Source: Octopus bimaculoides (lineage: Eukaryota). From it: a stretch of DNA of 64,000 bases. The stretch is taken from contig NC_068983.1 of the NCBI RefSeq assembly GCF_001194135.2, positions 116,670,577 to 116,734,576 on the forward strand, read 5' to 3'. The notes under the pieces are model-generated. The model did not search any database, was not told the DNA's origin, and saw only the letters and a list, made by a program, of their open reading frames with translations. The position numbers and the translations under genes are program-made. This document shows positions 41,339 through 53,817 of this stretch, in pieces (the stretch's first letter is position 1; each line of letters opens with the position of its first letter).

Positions 41339-41637
41339 AAGGGATCTGATGTTATCTCGTAGGGCATTTGATCGAAAATGCGTTGAAAGCACTGAGTTAC
41401 CTCAACCTAAATTCACAAAGACATTTCCCTAGCCAGCTTCAATAATACCAAATTTTCCTCTTACTTTTTCCCTCTCTTTTTCTTTATTCATATTCTTATT
41501 CGTTTCCTTAACAAATTTAGATATTTACTCACTTGAATATATTATTTTTTCAGAAACATGTTTAATTTTTGTTCTCACACATTGTACTTTCCACGCATTT
41601 TCGATCAAATCTCCTGCAAGCTAACATGGGATCCTTA
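41339..41637. repeat. 54-bp inverted repeat pair (MITE-like), about 190-nt spacer
   Basis: 41339-41392 versus the reverse complement of 41584-41637: 43/54 identical, with a perfect ATTTGATCGAAAATGCGT core. Confidence 0.8.
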
Positions 41638-41724
41638 GAGGTTTTGCAAGAAATCACTGTTCTCGTCAATGAAATATTCTCTTCTTCATGGATATTAGAC
41701 AAAATTTGTATTTTCTCGTTACAG

Positions 41725-42030
41725 GATGAAGTATCTGATAAAAGATGTGAAGGATTCCAAGCTGGATTATTTGATAAATTTGTCAAGAAAAGCTTGGACC
41801 ATTTGGATACTATATATAATCCTAGTAACAACTCTGGCTTTTGTGGCTAATTTTGTCACCATTAATGGAACTTTTATATTTGATGATCGCGAGGCCTTAG
41901 TGAAAAATGCAGATGTCAACAATCTAAGAACACCGATAACAAGTGTGTTCGTTCATGATTTTTGGGGCAAGAATATCTCTTCTCCCGAAAGTCATAAATC
42001 TTATCGACCAATTACCATTATTGCATTAAG
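41725..42030 (+). CDS. TMTC4: TMTC-family protein O-mannosyltransferase, first coding exon (ATG at 41726)
   Basis: Acceptor TTTTCTCGTTACAG|G ATG and donor AAG|GTAAGT (phase 2). Translation has a TM helix followed by GTFIFDDREALVKNAD...HDFWG.NISSPESHKSYRPITIIALR, the TMTC DD loop and SHKSYRP motif. The N-terminus resembles TMTC4. Confidence 0.9.
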
Positions 42031-42334
42031 GTAAGTCATCTCTTATCTTTTATATAGTTTATGAAAATCAGATACCTTATCAAATATATTTTTGACGAAA
42101 TTTAAATACCATTGCATTATTCATTTGTTTTTCGTCCATATTTGCTGGGTTACGAATTTTGGAATGGAAATAAAATTCAAAGACTCGTACATACATAAGG
42201 AAGCACATATCTTTTCCATATAAAATAGTATATCACTAAGAGATTATTCATGATATGGAGAAAGAGGTATAAATTTGAACCATAGGAATCTACTGAGAAA
42301 TTGACAAAAATAATATCTTGATCTGAAATATATA

Positions 42335-42716
42335 TTTATTTCTTTATTACCCACAGGGGGCTAGACATAGAGAGGACAAACAAGGACAGACAGAGGGATT
42401 AAATCGATTACATCGACCCCAGTGTGTAACTAGTACTTATTTAATCGACCCTGAAAGGTAAAGTCGACCTCGGCGAAATTTGAACTCAGGGCAGACGAAA
42501 TACCTATTTCTTTACTGCCCACAAGGGGCTACACACAGAGGGGACAAACAAGGGCAGACAAACGGATTAAGTCGATTATATCGACCCCAGTGCGTAACTG
42601 GTACGTAACTGGCACTTAATTTATCGACCCCGAAAGGATGAAAGGCAAAGTCGACCAGACGAAATACCGCTTAGTATTTCGCCTGGTGTGCTAACGATTC
42701 TGCCAGCTCGCTGCCA
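42335..42716 (-). mobile_element. Two tandem/nested SINE family A copies in the TMTC intron
   Basis: Duplicated TATTTCTTTA...CCCAC...GGACAAACAAGG tail and central domain; head GGCAGCGAGCTGGCAGAATCGTTAGCAC at about 42716. Confidence 0.85.
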
Positions 42717-43176
42717 TTCTGGAATATATATTTTAAAACTATCTGATCAGTAGAGAAATCATATAAATTAGATATGTTATTCATTAAGTTTGTATTGTGG
42801 AACATTAAAAAAAAATTATAGCTAAATGATATATTGAAATATAGCCGCGTGTCAAAACCTATATTGATTTAATCTATAGTAAAAAAATGATAAAGTTTAA
42901 GGAAGAAGGAAACCAGTCACGAACGAGAATGAAAACGTTTTGAAACGCTGGTACTTGTCAGAGGGCGCATTCGATCTCTGTATTAGCACTTCCATGCTTC
43001 TTCAAATTTGTCCCTGTTCTCCCGGGTCAATATATATTTGCTGTGTGTAATGGCATTTTCGTTGTATAATTCTGCAAAGTACTTTGATGATTGCTTCTTA
43101 TTTTAATGTACCTTGGTTGTCATTGTTATTTTTCGTGACAGTCGATGCTTCATTCTTCGCCATTTCTGGTTTCACT

Positions 43177-43260
43177 TTATCCGCATAGGCCCAGGCGTTT
43201 ATCCGCATAGGCCTAGGCTCTTATCCGCATAGGTCCACTCTTTATCAGCATAGGCCTACA
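43177..43260. repeat. Minisatellite, 4 units of about 22 nt with a TTATC(C/A)GCATAGG core
   Basis: Units start at 43177, 43199, 43221 and 43242. Confidence 0.9.
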
Positions 43261-43523
43261 TGGTTCAAAGTAGGTGGAAAGGTGAATAGTGTGAAAGATG
43301 GTTGAATAGATATGTAACTTTGGATAGGTAGAGAGATAGATAAGTGGATAGTTGTGAAGGTAACTAGATACATAGATATATAGAGATACAAATATACAAT
43401 TGTTGATAAATAGATACAAAGGAAGACATACTGTTGAATAGAGTCATGGCAGGATTTGGGTGGCATGTGTTGTGTCAGAAACTTGTTAGATGTGCACTGT
43501 TGAATCAGTGGTAATATTTCAAA

Positions 43524-43592
43524 AAATACTGTTAAGCCTTGGGAGAGACATTATTTAATACATAATGCCTCTCCCAAGATTTAATAGTATTT
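43524..43592. repeat. 69-nt stem-loop (31-bp arms, 7-nt loop)
   Basis: AAATACTGTTAAGCCTTGGGAGAGACATTAT-TTAATAC-ATAATGCCTCTCCCAAGATTTAATAGTATTT. Confidence 0.8.
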
Positions 43593-44634
43593 CTTTCAAC
43601 ACACGTATTCACATCAAGTATCTTGCACACCAAATACACATACGAAATTGCAAAAAATATTATTTATAATTTTAGAACTTCATTTGGAAGAAAAAATAAT
43701 GCTTCCTTCTTGAATCGGTTTGCTGATGTAAGCTATTCCATCATATCAGAATTACGTGGATTTTCCAAGATACAGTTCTATTATTTCATTAGGTACATGT
43801 TCTAAAAGACAAGCTTTGATGTGTGCAACAAACATTTTAGATTTCGAATTTGACTTCGTATATTTTTATATTTAGATCACAACGCATCTGCATTGTACAC
43901 AGATTTCGTCATACTAGTCTTTAGCAATATATTACAGATACAGTAGTTCTTTTTAGAAGTAACACAAGACCACACAAATTCGGTAAAGGTATAGTCAACT
44001 AAAACAATTCTAATACTTCACCAGTACTTCATCAACATAGGAAGACTGAGTACTCTTAGGACTCTGCCTGTCGTCTCTTATACGCACACTATATTAACAC
44101 CATAAATTTAATGCGATATATAGTAAATCAAATCTGATATGTACGGCTTCGAAACAGTTGGTTATCTCTACTCAAAGATATACTACACTACTGAATCGAG
44201 ATAACAAAAAGTTATTCAGACATTGTTGAATTTTGGAATAGTTACCAGTTTGTATAAATTCTGTATAAATGTTTAAAATAATTTTATAACTTTACTATTA
44301 ATATTTTTAATATCCTATAATTTCTAGCTTTAGTAATACAATCTTAGATGGCTTAATTCAAATATATTCATTCCTAACATGGAACATTCAGATCAGATAT
44401 CTTTAATGCTTCAATAGTTTCAATTTATTTCAGGAAATTCCTTTAGTTAATTTCTTTTGACCCAAATATCCTCAGTTTCTTAGTAATTTCCTCGTTTTCA
44501 TCTAAATGTTATAACTTCCGACATTATATGTATAAATCAAGTATTAATTATATTTACTAAATTCCAAATAAAAAGACTATTTTGTCATATAATTGCATAA
44601 CACTTGTTCTGCAACATTAATATTTCTTAAAGGC

Positions 44635-44795
44635 TGTGACCTGGCAGACTCGTTAGCGCCGGGCAAATAATTGGCATTTCGTCCGTCTTTACGTTCAAAT
44701 TCCGCCGTGGTCGACTTTGCTTTTCATCCTTCTAGAGTAGATTAAATGAGTTCCAGTTTAGCACTGGAGTTGATTTTATCGATTTAATCTGCCCT
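44635..44795 (+). mobile_element. SINE family A, diverged
   Basis: CTGGCAGACTCGTTAGCGCCGGGC...GTTCAAATTCCGCCGTGGTCGACTTTGCTTTTCATCC. Confidence 0.75.
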
Positions 44796-46089
44796 TCGAA
44801 ATTACTGTAGTCATTCCATAAACTTCGTTAAAATGAGTATTACAATCCCAAGAAGAAAATTATTATATTCTGAGGTATATACACATAGATCCACTCATAC
44901 ATACACAAGCTGTCTGTCTGCCTGTTTGTCTGTCTCTCTTTCAATATATATATATCATAAGTAAAGAGTGTAGTTGTGGGCATTACGTATATTCTATGGT
45001 ATTTAGTTGCTTCAACAACTTGTATGCGACTTGTCAATCATCATGTTTATAGACACATTGATAATAACTATTTAGTCTTGCACATTATGTACTACATTTT
45101 ACATACTAACATCAGGAGTCATTTAATTTATAACCGATAGGTGTAATATTCATCGAACTGTTATGATTAAATGATTATTAGTCTTATTTTTTTCGAACTT
45201 CAATGTACGTAACTACAAATAAATAGTATGCAAATAAAGATTATGTGATTTTATATACGAGCCTGACCCGAAATAAATACCTATTTGTCGCTTGTATTCA
45301 GCTTTTATAATATCAGAAAGTGGACAGCCTAATAAACTTGGTGTTCATTCCGGACTACAATAAAAACAATATACGCTAACGATTCACTAGTTAATTGTAA
45401 GAGAATCATGCTGCTTATAATACTAAATTGTGCCTAATTCTAGTTTCTTGATGGTAAGTGTTCTAACGTTATATAAATGGTAGATCAATCAGATATCCAA
45501 ATAAAATATTCAGTCATGAATAGTTACATAACGTTCAATTATTGGAGCCCTGTTAGCAGAGTCGAAATAACAAATATGATTTACTGAAATCAATAGGATA
45601 CATGCGATCAAACACATTTGACTTGTAACAACTAATTACTATCATGTAATTAAGGATGAAAAGCTATGAGCTATGTCTGCATAAAATGATTTAAGACAAA
45701 CAAAATATAAATTAATGCATTTATCTCACAACTATTGGCAATGAATCAAAAGCGTTGTTTAACATGGACACGTCATTGAGTATTAAGAAAGAACGCTCTA
45801 CAGTAATCGTGATAGCGAAATGGTTTATTCCAGGTTGAAGCCAAGCAATTTCCGAATTATTACTAATACAAGAACAGATATGACAAATCTTATCTGCAAT
45901 TATAAATTTGTAGGCGTGTCTCTATAAGAAAACTATAATTTGTGTGAATCATTTATACCAGGTTTTCAATAATTGCTTTTAATGCAAATCAAAAGTCATC
46001 AAGTAAACGGCTATGACACAGTGTTTTGTAAGTTGTTTTATATCGTGTATGAGCAAGTTACTATTCAAAACAAATTCTTTCAATTTCAG

Positions 46090-46279
46090 GCTACAGCATC
46101 ATTTATTTGGGTCTCTAAATCCCAAAAGCTTTCATAAATTTAATATTGGACTCCACGTTCTAAACTCCTTAATGTGCCTAGGCGTAACAGCCACAATTTG
46201 GGGAAAGACGGAGAAGTATAAAGAAGGAATTTTACTTGCTTCTTCCCTTTTTGCTGTGCATCCAATTCACACGGAAACA
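46090..46279 (+). CDS. TMTC4: TMTC-family protein, second coding exon
   Basis: Acceptor CAATTTCAG|G completes the phase-2 Arg from exon 1. Translation LQHHLFGSLNPKSFHKFNIGLHVLNS...LFAVHPIHTET matches the TMTC FH..N..LH and FAVHPIHTE motifs. Donor ACA|GTAAGT (phase 0). Confidence 0.92.
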
Positions 46280-46871
46280 GTAAGTATATTTATAAATTAA
46301 ATGACAATTTACTATAATCTATCCATACACTCTTTCGGGAGCGGGATATTTGAACTATTTGAAAATATTTTAATACATTTTATGTACATAGACACATGCA
46401 TACTCACAAATATACATAACTTAATTTGCCAAAATACCTTTAAAAAAACGCATAAAATATGTCTGAGAAAAAATCTCATTATGTTGTTTCAATATATGCT
46501 ACATGTTTTATATTTTTCTTGTTTTCTTATGATTTATTCAACTTTTAATTAACTACTTCCCAACATTTGAACTGTATTTCCTGAATCATATGATAATTAG
46601 CAGGACATTTTGTAATCATAGATAGGAAGCAATATTGAATCATCAATGAATATAATCTTTGCTGAAGCTCATTTAATTCATATCCTTCGAGTATAGGTTG
46701 GAACACTGGTTGTCTATATTCTCTCATAAATGTTACATCCGAAATATGTAGACTTTACATCAAGACGGAGATCGTTTAAGTATTAAAAGGTGACAAAAAC
46801 ACTGCACAAAAGCGTATATAACTTTATTATCGCCATGATTTTGGTCTTTGTAATTGTAATTCGGCCTTGTA

Positions 46872-47779
46872 CGAGGAGGTGCCCCAAAGTAACCGGAAAC
46901 ATTCTCTGTGGGACAAACCCGTTGTAGTTCAGGATTTGGCTCCTAGAGGCCAGTTGATGCGACCTTCAGAAATCAGTCTGCCGACTGGCGATGTCGGATG
47001 ATGTACTGCTACGTGGAGCGTCTTTGTTTTGCAGTGCTTCTCCTCAGTTCGTCGATTTTTGCGATGGCTGCAACGAAGGAGCAGCGTGTTTTCGTTAAAT
47101 TCGTTTTTCTACTGGGGAAAACGGTGGCCGAAACAGTCGACATTCTTCAAACAGGTTGCAAGGACGCTGCCATGAGCAAAACACAAGTTTACGAGTGGTT
47201 TTCACGCTTTAGGAATGGCCACTCGTCGCTTGAAGACCAACCTCGTTTAGGATGACTATCGACCTCTCGAACGAATGAGAACATGAAAATACGTTAACTG
47301 ATATTGGAATACCGTCCAATAATAATAACTGACGAATTTATTGATGACAAATGTGTCCTGGAATTCCTGCCGATGAATTTTGAGCGAGGAATTGCGAATA
47401 AAAAGAGTTGAAGCAAACTTTGTTCCTCGCTTGCTCAAGGAAGATCAAATGTAGTCACAACTGAATGCGTCTTGTAAAATGAAAGAACAGTTAGAAGTTG
47501 ATCCGGACCTTTTTTCGAAGGTCATCACTGGTGACGAAAGACGAAAGCTGGTGCTACGGAGTTAGCTGATGTGGAAGAGGTGAAGAAATAAACAATGGAA
47601 GCATTAAAAGGCATCACTTTGCAAGAGTTCCAGCACTGCTTCGAAAAGTGGAAAATGCGCCTGGACCGATGCATTGCTTCAAATGGAGAATACTTTGAAG
47701 GCGATGAAAGTGTAAACATGTAAAACTAAGTGAATAAAATAATAGTGCAAAATTCCGGATTCGTTTGGGTACCCCCTCG
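46872..47779 (+). mobile_element. Internally deleted mariner (irritans-like) with TIRs and TA flanks
   Basis: TA-CGAGGAGGTGCCCCAAAGTAACCGGAA ... TTCCGGATTCGTTTGGGTACCCCCTCG-TA. Remnants MAATKEQRVFVKF...KTQVYEWFSRF, SKVITGDE, then directly DVEEVK...EKWKMRLDRCIASNGEYFEGD. Confidence 0.9.
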
Positions 47780-47944
47780 TAATTTGAGGTAACTGCTACA
47801 AGTTTCTGAAGACCAGCGCTTGACTACGTAGCGATGTGATGATTTGTATGTAGTTACAAGAATACATATAAAGAATAAGAAATTCATTTACAATGCTATA
47901 GAGCTAAACGATGAATTACCTGTTTTCCTTCAGAAAAAGGAGAG

Positions 47945-47947
47945 AAG

Positions 47948-47978
<31 letters not shown>

Positions 47979-47990
47979 TAGATAGATAGT

Positions 47991-48050
<60 letters not shown>
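47945..48050. repeat. (GATA)n microsatellite
   Basis: Tetranucleotide run. Confidence 0.95.
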
Positions 48051-49655
48051 GAGTTGGTCGCTGTTGGTACAACATTTATTATAGCGTTATTGTCATGCAT
48101 GACTGACCAATCAGATCTATGACCCAAAGACACTTCAGCTATGTCCCCCCCGATTTTTCAGATACAGTTGTATTCTTGGATCACATGATTGAATGTGATG
48201 GCTTTAAAAGTGTAGGATTTTGGATTTGGAGAAAATTAGACTTTTATTTCTAGCGGAATAAGGGACATCATTGTCTTGAAAGAGGCTATTTTTGGCAAAG
48301 GGAGAAGAAACAGGTGCGAGAGGGAGATGAACAATACAGGTGAGGATTGATGAAGGCAAGAGGAAATTCTGACGGGGTAATGAGATGAGGTTGAAAGTGA
48401 GACTGTAGACGTGAGAGAAATCTGTAACAGTCATTTTATTTTCTAATCAATTCTTGATATTAAGTTAGGCTGTCAGATTGTTGAAACTTGTCTTTCCGTC
48501 ATAAACTCTATGGAAACTGTGTACTAAGAGATGAAGCTAGTTAAAAAAAAATTAATAAACATATTTTGGTTTTCACAGAATAAGGAACTAATTTACGGTT
48601 TCATTTGTGACTTTTACTCTTCCCTGTATATCGAGTGTATATAGCATTCATATTTCCTGGATATATTTGTCTTTTATTTACGCCGAAATTACGAACCAAG
48701 CTCATATATACTCTGTACAGATGACACAGCAGTAGTGAATAATCGACTAGTAAAGAAAAAGTATAAAACCATTGTTGAATAATATACTGAAGTTTTGCAT
48801 ATAACGGAATGAATTCATAACTCTCTACAGGATTAGCAAATGCCTGTGCTGTTAGGAAGTTCTGAGAGGTTAGTTCTACTTCTCATTTACTGCAAACAGC
48901 TGCTCACTTCCATCTCAACTATTTCACTTTTTTGCTTTCTTTATTTTCCTTCCTGTCATTTTGTATGTTTGTTGGTATTCTTTATCTCTAATATCACCAC
49001 AGCGTCTCTAATCCCCATTATTGCTTTAAAGATGTATAATTTAGTAACATAACTTGAAATAAGATTATCAATTTTGCATTTCTGAAAAAAATTTTTGTTT
49101 TTCTATTTACACGAGCAGAAGAAAATCATTCAGCGAATTTACAGTTAAAATAGTAAAAAAAAAAAACCCCCCCAAAAAGTGGAAACAACACCAAAGAAAA
49201 GTAAAAAGAATAAATCTGAAGTGCATAGACATTTGTTGTAATTATTTTCATTTTGGATTATATTTTATTGCCGACTGAGTTTAAAATATCTTATTAAGTA
49301 TTTGATAGTTTAATGATATTGATTTGGAAGGTGTCATCGATATTATTTCACGGGAAAAAATATTATATTCCCAAATGTTTAGAGATTTCTTAATCACATA
49401 AGGGCTGTCAACCATATATAATCTTTATTATATGAACGTCACTGAGAACAAATGAAATCTGACAAAGGATGTTATTGACAAGTTAATGGAAGAAATTCTT
49501 CTTCCATAGTTTTCGTTTTTTACATTAAACCCTTCAAATACATGTCTCTTTGTTTCTGTTTGTATCTCTGCCATTCACAATTCTCTGACTGTCCATGTTT
49601 TTCCCTCTCTTGTATATCCATCCACCTATCCATCCACACACACGCACACACATGC

Positions 49656-49688
<33 letters not shown>

Positions 49689-49797
49689 TGTATGTATGTA
49701 TGTATGTATGTTGTGTATATAACACATTATTCTGAAGCATATGTATATTGAATTCTAACACAACAGATTATTAGTGTCACTATGCTTAAGTGAAATA

Positions 49798-49839
<42 letters not shown>

Positions 49840-49842
<3 letters not shown>

Positions 49843-50800
49843 TTAGATATGTTTCGACCACAGATTGGGGCAGGCCATGTCTAACTTAATAACACTGCCT
49901 CATAGGATTATCTAAATCCTTTTAAAGTCAAGTTTTGCTTATGGTCCATTCAAGTAGTGAGTTCTTGTTGAGTGAGTTCTATCCAGGTATGGGTGGCTTA
50001 TCCAGTATTCCTTGAAAAAAATCTGTCCAGACTCCGTTTAAAGCTGATGGGATCCTTTTCCTCTTAGCAGGACAATGTTAAACAGAGCAGGGCCGGTTGA
50101 GGAAAACAAAATATGCCGCAGTGTACCTATATGTTGTGATTCTGAATTGGGCAGAGGACGTATGACCCGTGGTCCAAGCCTTGGATGAACCTTGAAACTA
50201 ATATTCAGGTCGTTTGGGAAATGCTGGCGGTATATTCTCCACATCGTACAGATGATGTGCTGCTCGCGGCGGCGCTGGAGAGAGTAGAGCTTCAAAGCTT
50301 TAAGGCGGTCCCACTAACCGAGATCAGTCATGCCTTCAGTTCGTTTAGTGAGTGCCCTCTGGGGTGATTCAATAATCGAGATGTTTTGTTTTGTATGGGG
50401 AAACCACAAGGGGCAGCAGTATTCGAGGTGTGGCCGTACAAAGGAGGAGAAAAGTGTAATGATGACACCTCGTTCTTTGGATCGGAAGATTCTTAAGATC
50501 TGGGAGCTCATCCTACGAGCTATATTGACCTTATTGCTGATGTGGGCACTCCAATTGAGATTGTTATCAACAATTACACCCAGGTATCTGATATTATTAG
50601 ATGCCGTGAGCGGTTCCCCTGAAGGAAGAGAGTATGGCTGTTTTAGTATAGACTTTCTTCCAAAATGCATCAGCTCAAATTTTCCCTCGTTCAGTTGCAT
50701 TTTGTTTTTGTCTGCCCATTGACTCACAGCGTATAGATCAGTCTTCTTCATTGATGATTTGCTGGAGCTTAGTGTCATCAGCAAATATTTTCACTTTGCA
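49840..50800 (-). mobile_element. CR1/L2-group LINE, 5'-truncated RT C-terminus and 3' UTR
   Basis: IFADDTKL, YLGVIVDNNLNWSAHI, VRPHLEYCCPLW and RLKALKLYSLQRRR; ends against an (AT)n run. Confidence 0.85.
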
Positions 50801-51302
50801 GTGATTTACGACGCTGGAAAGGTCATCTATCTATATACATCTTTATCCTTTTATCGTTTTAATAGTTTCAGCCATTGAACTNNNNNNNNNNNNNNNNNNN
50901 NNNNNNNNNNNNNNNNNNNNNNNNNNNNNNNNNNNNNNNNNNNNNNNNNNNNNNNNNNNNNNNNNNNNNNNNNNNNNNNNNNNNNNACAGGAAGGACAAC
51001 AAAAGAAAGAAGACCTCGATATTATGTAAATAGAGGAATTTATCAGTAAAAATGTGTGACACTTATTCGGTAGCCATGATAAAAGTCTGTGTGTGTTTCA
51101 AGCCAGGGTGGTTTAGTATATAAATATAGGCGAATGTATGGATTGGTGCGCTTATGCGAACACTATAGACTTCTCTACTCCCTTACTTTTACCCCCTCCC
51201 CTTACTTAGCGATCTATAGCTCTTTTGTCTTAATAACGGTCAACCACACAGTAATTTACCTTTGTTTAACGGTCATTTTTCACAGGAATTTTCAATGGCC
51301 GA

Positions 51303-51361
51303 ATAACTGAAGAGATGTTGGCGTGGGTTCCCACCTCGGCATCCGAAACTCGGAGTTTTAT
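51303..51361 (+). ncRNA. Minimal type I hammerhead ribozyme-like motif
   Basis: ATAA-CTGAAGA-[GATG...CATC]C-GAAAC-TC G GAG-TT-TTAT: stem I ATAA/TTAT, canonical CUGANGA and GAAA, near-palindromic stem III. It lies inside an inverted repeat (51040-51089 versus 51351-51400). Confidence 0.6.
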
Positions 51362-53053
51362 CGTGGCTACCGAATAAGTGTCACATATTTTTACAGATAT
51401 ATATATACATATGCGTATATTTTATACACACCCACATACACTCCACCATATATATATGTTGTCGTACACATTCGCTTGCTTTCTCCCAAAATATCTAGCG
51501 CTCTTAATAACTGGTGTCTTTCGACTAATAGAGATGAATCAAGTTGAGCTGGCGCGTATAGAGTGAAAGCTTTGAGGCAGGAACATAAGAGATGAGCATA
51601 AGAGATGAAAGTCATAAGACAGGAATATAAGAGATGCTTCGCGGCCGGCAGTCGAGCCAAGAAAGAAAGAACATGCATAGTTACGTTGAAGGAAAGGTGA
51701 GAGGTAGGAGCAGAGGGATTGAGGAATTAGGGAGAGGACGAGAAAGAGAGAAAATCAAAGGGACATAGAAAGGTACAAGGGAGATAAACGAGGAAAAGTA
51801 GGTAGATTAAAAAGGAGAACGCCAAGAAATGTAAGAAAGGGGGAACGAGTAAAAGAAAAGAGGACAGAAAGAAGTACGGGGGGAACTAAAAGAAAGAGTT
51901 GTACAGAATTTACTTACTTACAAGGTGAGCAAAAGTGTACATACGCCGCTATATGTATATATAATTTTAAAAAATGGAACAAGAACGCAACAGACGACAA
52001 TAAGACACCCGGTCAAATAGACGATACAAAGACAGGAAAAATAACAAAGACGTGTCATTCGTGGCCTTCTCCCCTCAGTCAAGTTTCCAGATTATCCTTA
52101 CAGTTTCGGTTGGTTACACTTGAGGCTGTAAGAGCAACAAATATTTTAGGAGAAAGCAAGCGAATGTGTACGATAACAGAGACAAAGAAAAAAACGAAAA
52201 AAGCGGAGAAAATATTACAAAATACAAACAAGAAAGTAACAGGTGTCTTTCAACTTTTAGAGACGAATCGAGTTGAGCTGGTATGTGTAGAGTAAAAGCC
52301 TTATATATATATATATATATATNNNNNNNNNNNNNNNNNNNNNNNNNNNNNNNNNNNNNNNNNNNNNNNNNNNNNNNNNNNNNNNNNNNNNNNNNNNNNN
52401 NNNNNNNNNNNNNNNNNNNNNNNNNNNNNNNNNNNNNNNNNNNNNNNNNNNNNNNNNNNNNNNNNNNNNNNNNNNNNNNNNNNNNNNNNNNNNNNNNNNN
52501 NNNNNNNNNNNNNNNNNNNNNNNNNNNNNNNNNNNNNNNNNNNNNNNNNNNNNNNNNNNNNNNNNNNNNNNNNNNNNNNNNNNNNNNNNNNNNNNNNNNN
52601 NNNNNNNNNNNNNNNNNNNNNGCATATCTTTCAACAGATAGAGTGAGTCTTGAGGTTATAGTACATGACTTTAAACATTAATCAGTAAATAAAAAGAGAT
52701 CTTCCAATGAATTTAGGGAAAGGAGAGCTGGCTCTCAGTATAAGGGAAATAAAAGGAACCAATTAGATGAACGCGTGCACACACACATACAGTCTCATAA
52801 ACGTGTTTGAATGCTTGGGTAAATGTAGATGAGTGTGTATGTGTGTGAGTGTGTGTTTGTGTTTGTGTGTGTGTGTGTTTGTGTGTTTGTGTGTGTGCGT
52901 GTGTGTATGCATAACTTAGGATAACAGACGTGATCATAGTCACACACATACATACGTACAGACGCTGGCACACGTGCATAAAACACGTGCATAAAACATC
53001 TGAATTTTGTTCGCAAAATTTTGTTTCATATCTTCAGCCTTAAAAAATCATTG

Positions 53054-53160
53054 GCGCAGACGTGGCTATACGGTAAAATGATTGCTCCCTAACCACACGG
53101 TCCCAGATTCAGTCCTACTGCGTGTCACCTTGGTCAAGTATCTTCCATTATTGTTCGATC
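53054..53160 (+). mobile_element. SINE family B head, truncated
   Basis: GGCGCAGACGTGGCTATACGGTAA...GATTCAGTCCTACTGCGTGTCACCTTGGTCAAG. Confidence 0.7.
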
Positions 53161-53749
53161 CCATCTACAACATTATGGGTATGTAATGCAGTAAATCATA
53201 TTGAACCGGAGTTCATACTTGCATTAATTTTGAATTCATTCTTTCCCAGATGCACAGACATTTAAGCTTCAAAGAAGCAGGCAGACTGTGGCGAAGCGTT
53301 GCCTTACTTTGTGCTGTAGCTGATGAGGGAGGCTCAATGACTTCTACCGACTGAAACAGCCCGTAGCGAACTTCTTTATGCCAATTGAGACCGATGTTAT
53401 AACACGTAATTGTTACCTCCTGTGTTCCATTCTTCTGTAAAAATGAAGCCATATCAACGTGGAAAGGATAGAAAGAGAAATAGATATAGAGAGGTGGGAG
53501 TGGGAAAAGTGCGAAAGTGATTGAGAAAGAGTATGAAGAACGTGTGAGGTTCTTTCTATGAGGATTATTGCTTACTTATTCGTCATGACCTTTCTCTTGA
53601 CCTCATCGGTGTCACCCACAGGAAGCAAATGGGAGACCGCTGTACCAATTTGATTGTGGGATTTTCTAAAAAGCAAATGTTGAATATATGCCTTTTAATG
53701 CTTACAGGAGTATTCAAATGTTTGTGTCAGGGCTTGTTTGTCTTAGTTT

Positions 53750-53817
53750 CCTACTATTTCCAGCACTCCTACTATTTCCAGCACTCCTACTATTTCCAGC
53801 ACTCCTACTATTTCCAG
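53750..53817. repeat. Perfect 18-bp minisatellite, about 3.8 units (CCTACTATTTCCAGCACT)
   Basis: Identical units start at 53750, 53768, 53786 and 53804. Confidence 0.95.

Noticed and set aside
43177-43260. CRISPR-like repeat-spacer appearance
   Set aside because: Eukaryotic context, a 13-nt repeat and 8-9 nt spacers are far too short, and there are no cas genes.
49837-49930. GTCGAAACATATC on the minus strand as a hammerhead
   Set aside because: No core paired to a matching stem II; it is the 3' UTR of the CR1-like LINE.
53320-53370. CTGATGA...GAAAC hammerhead-like spacing
   Set aside because: Stem I and the base of stem II do not pair; probably chance.
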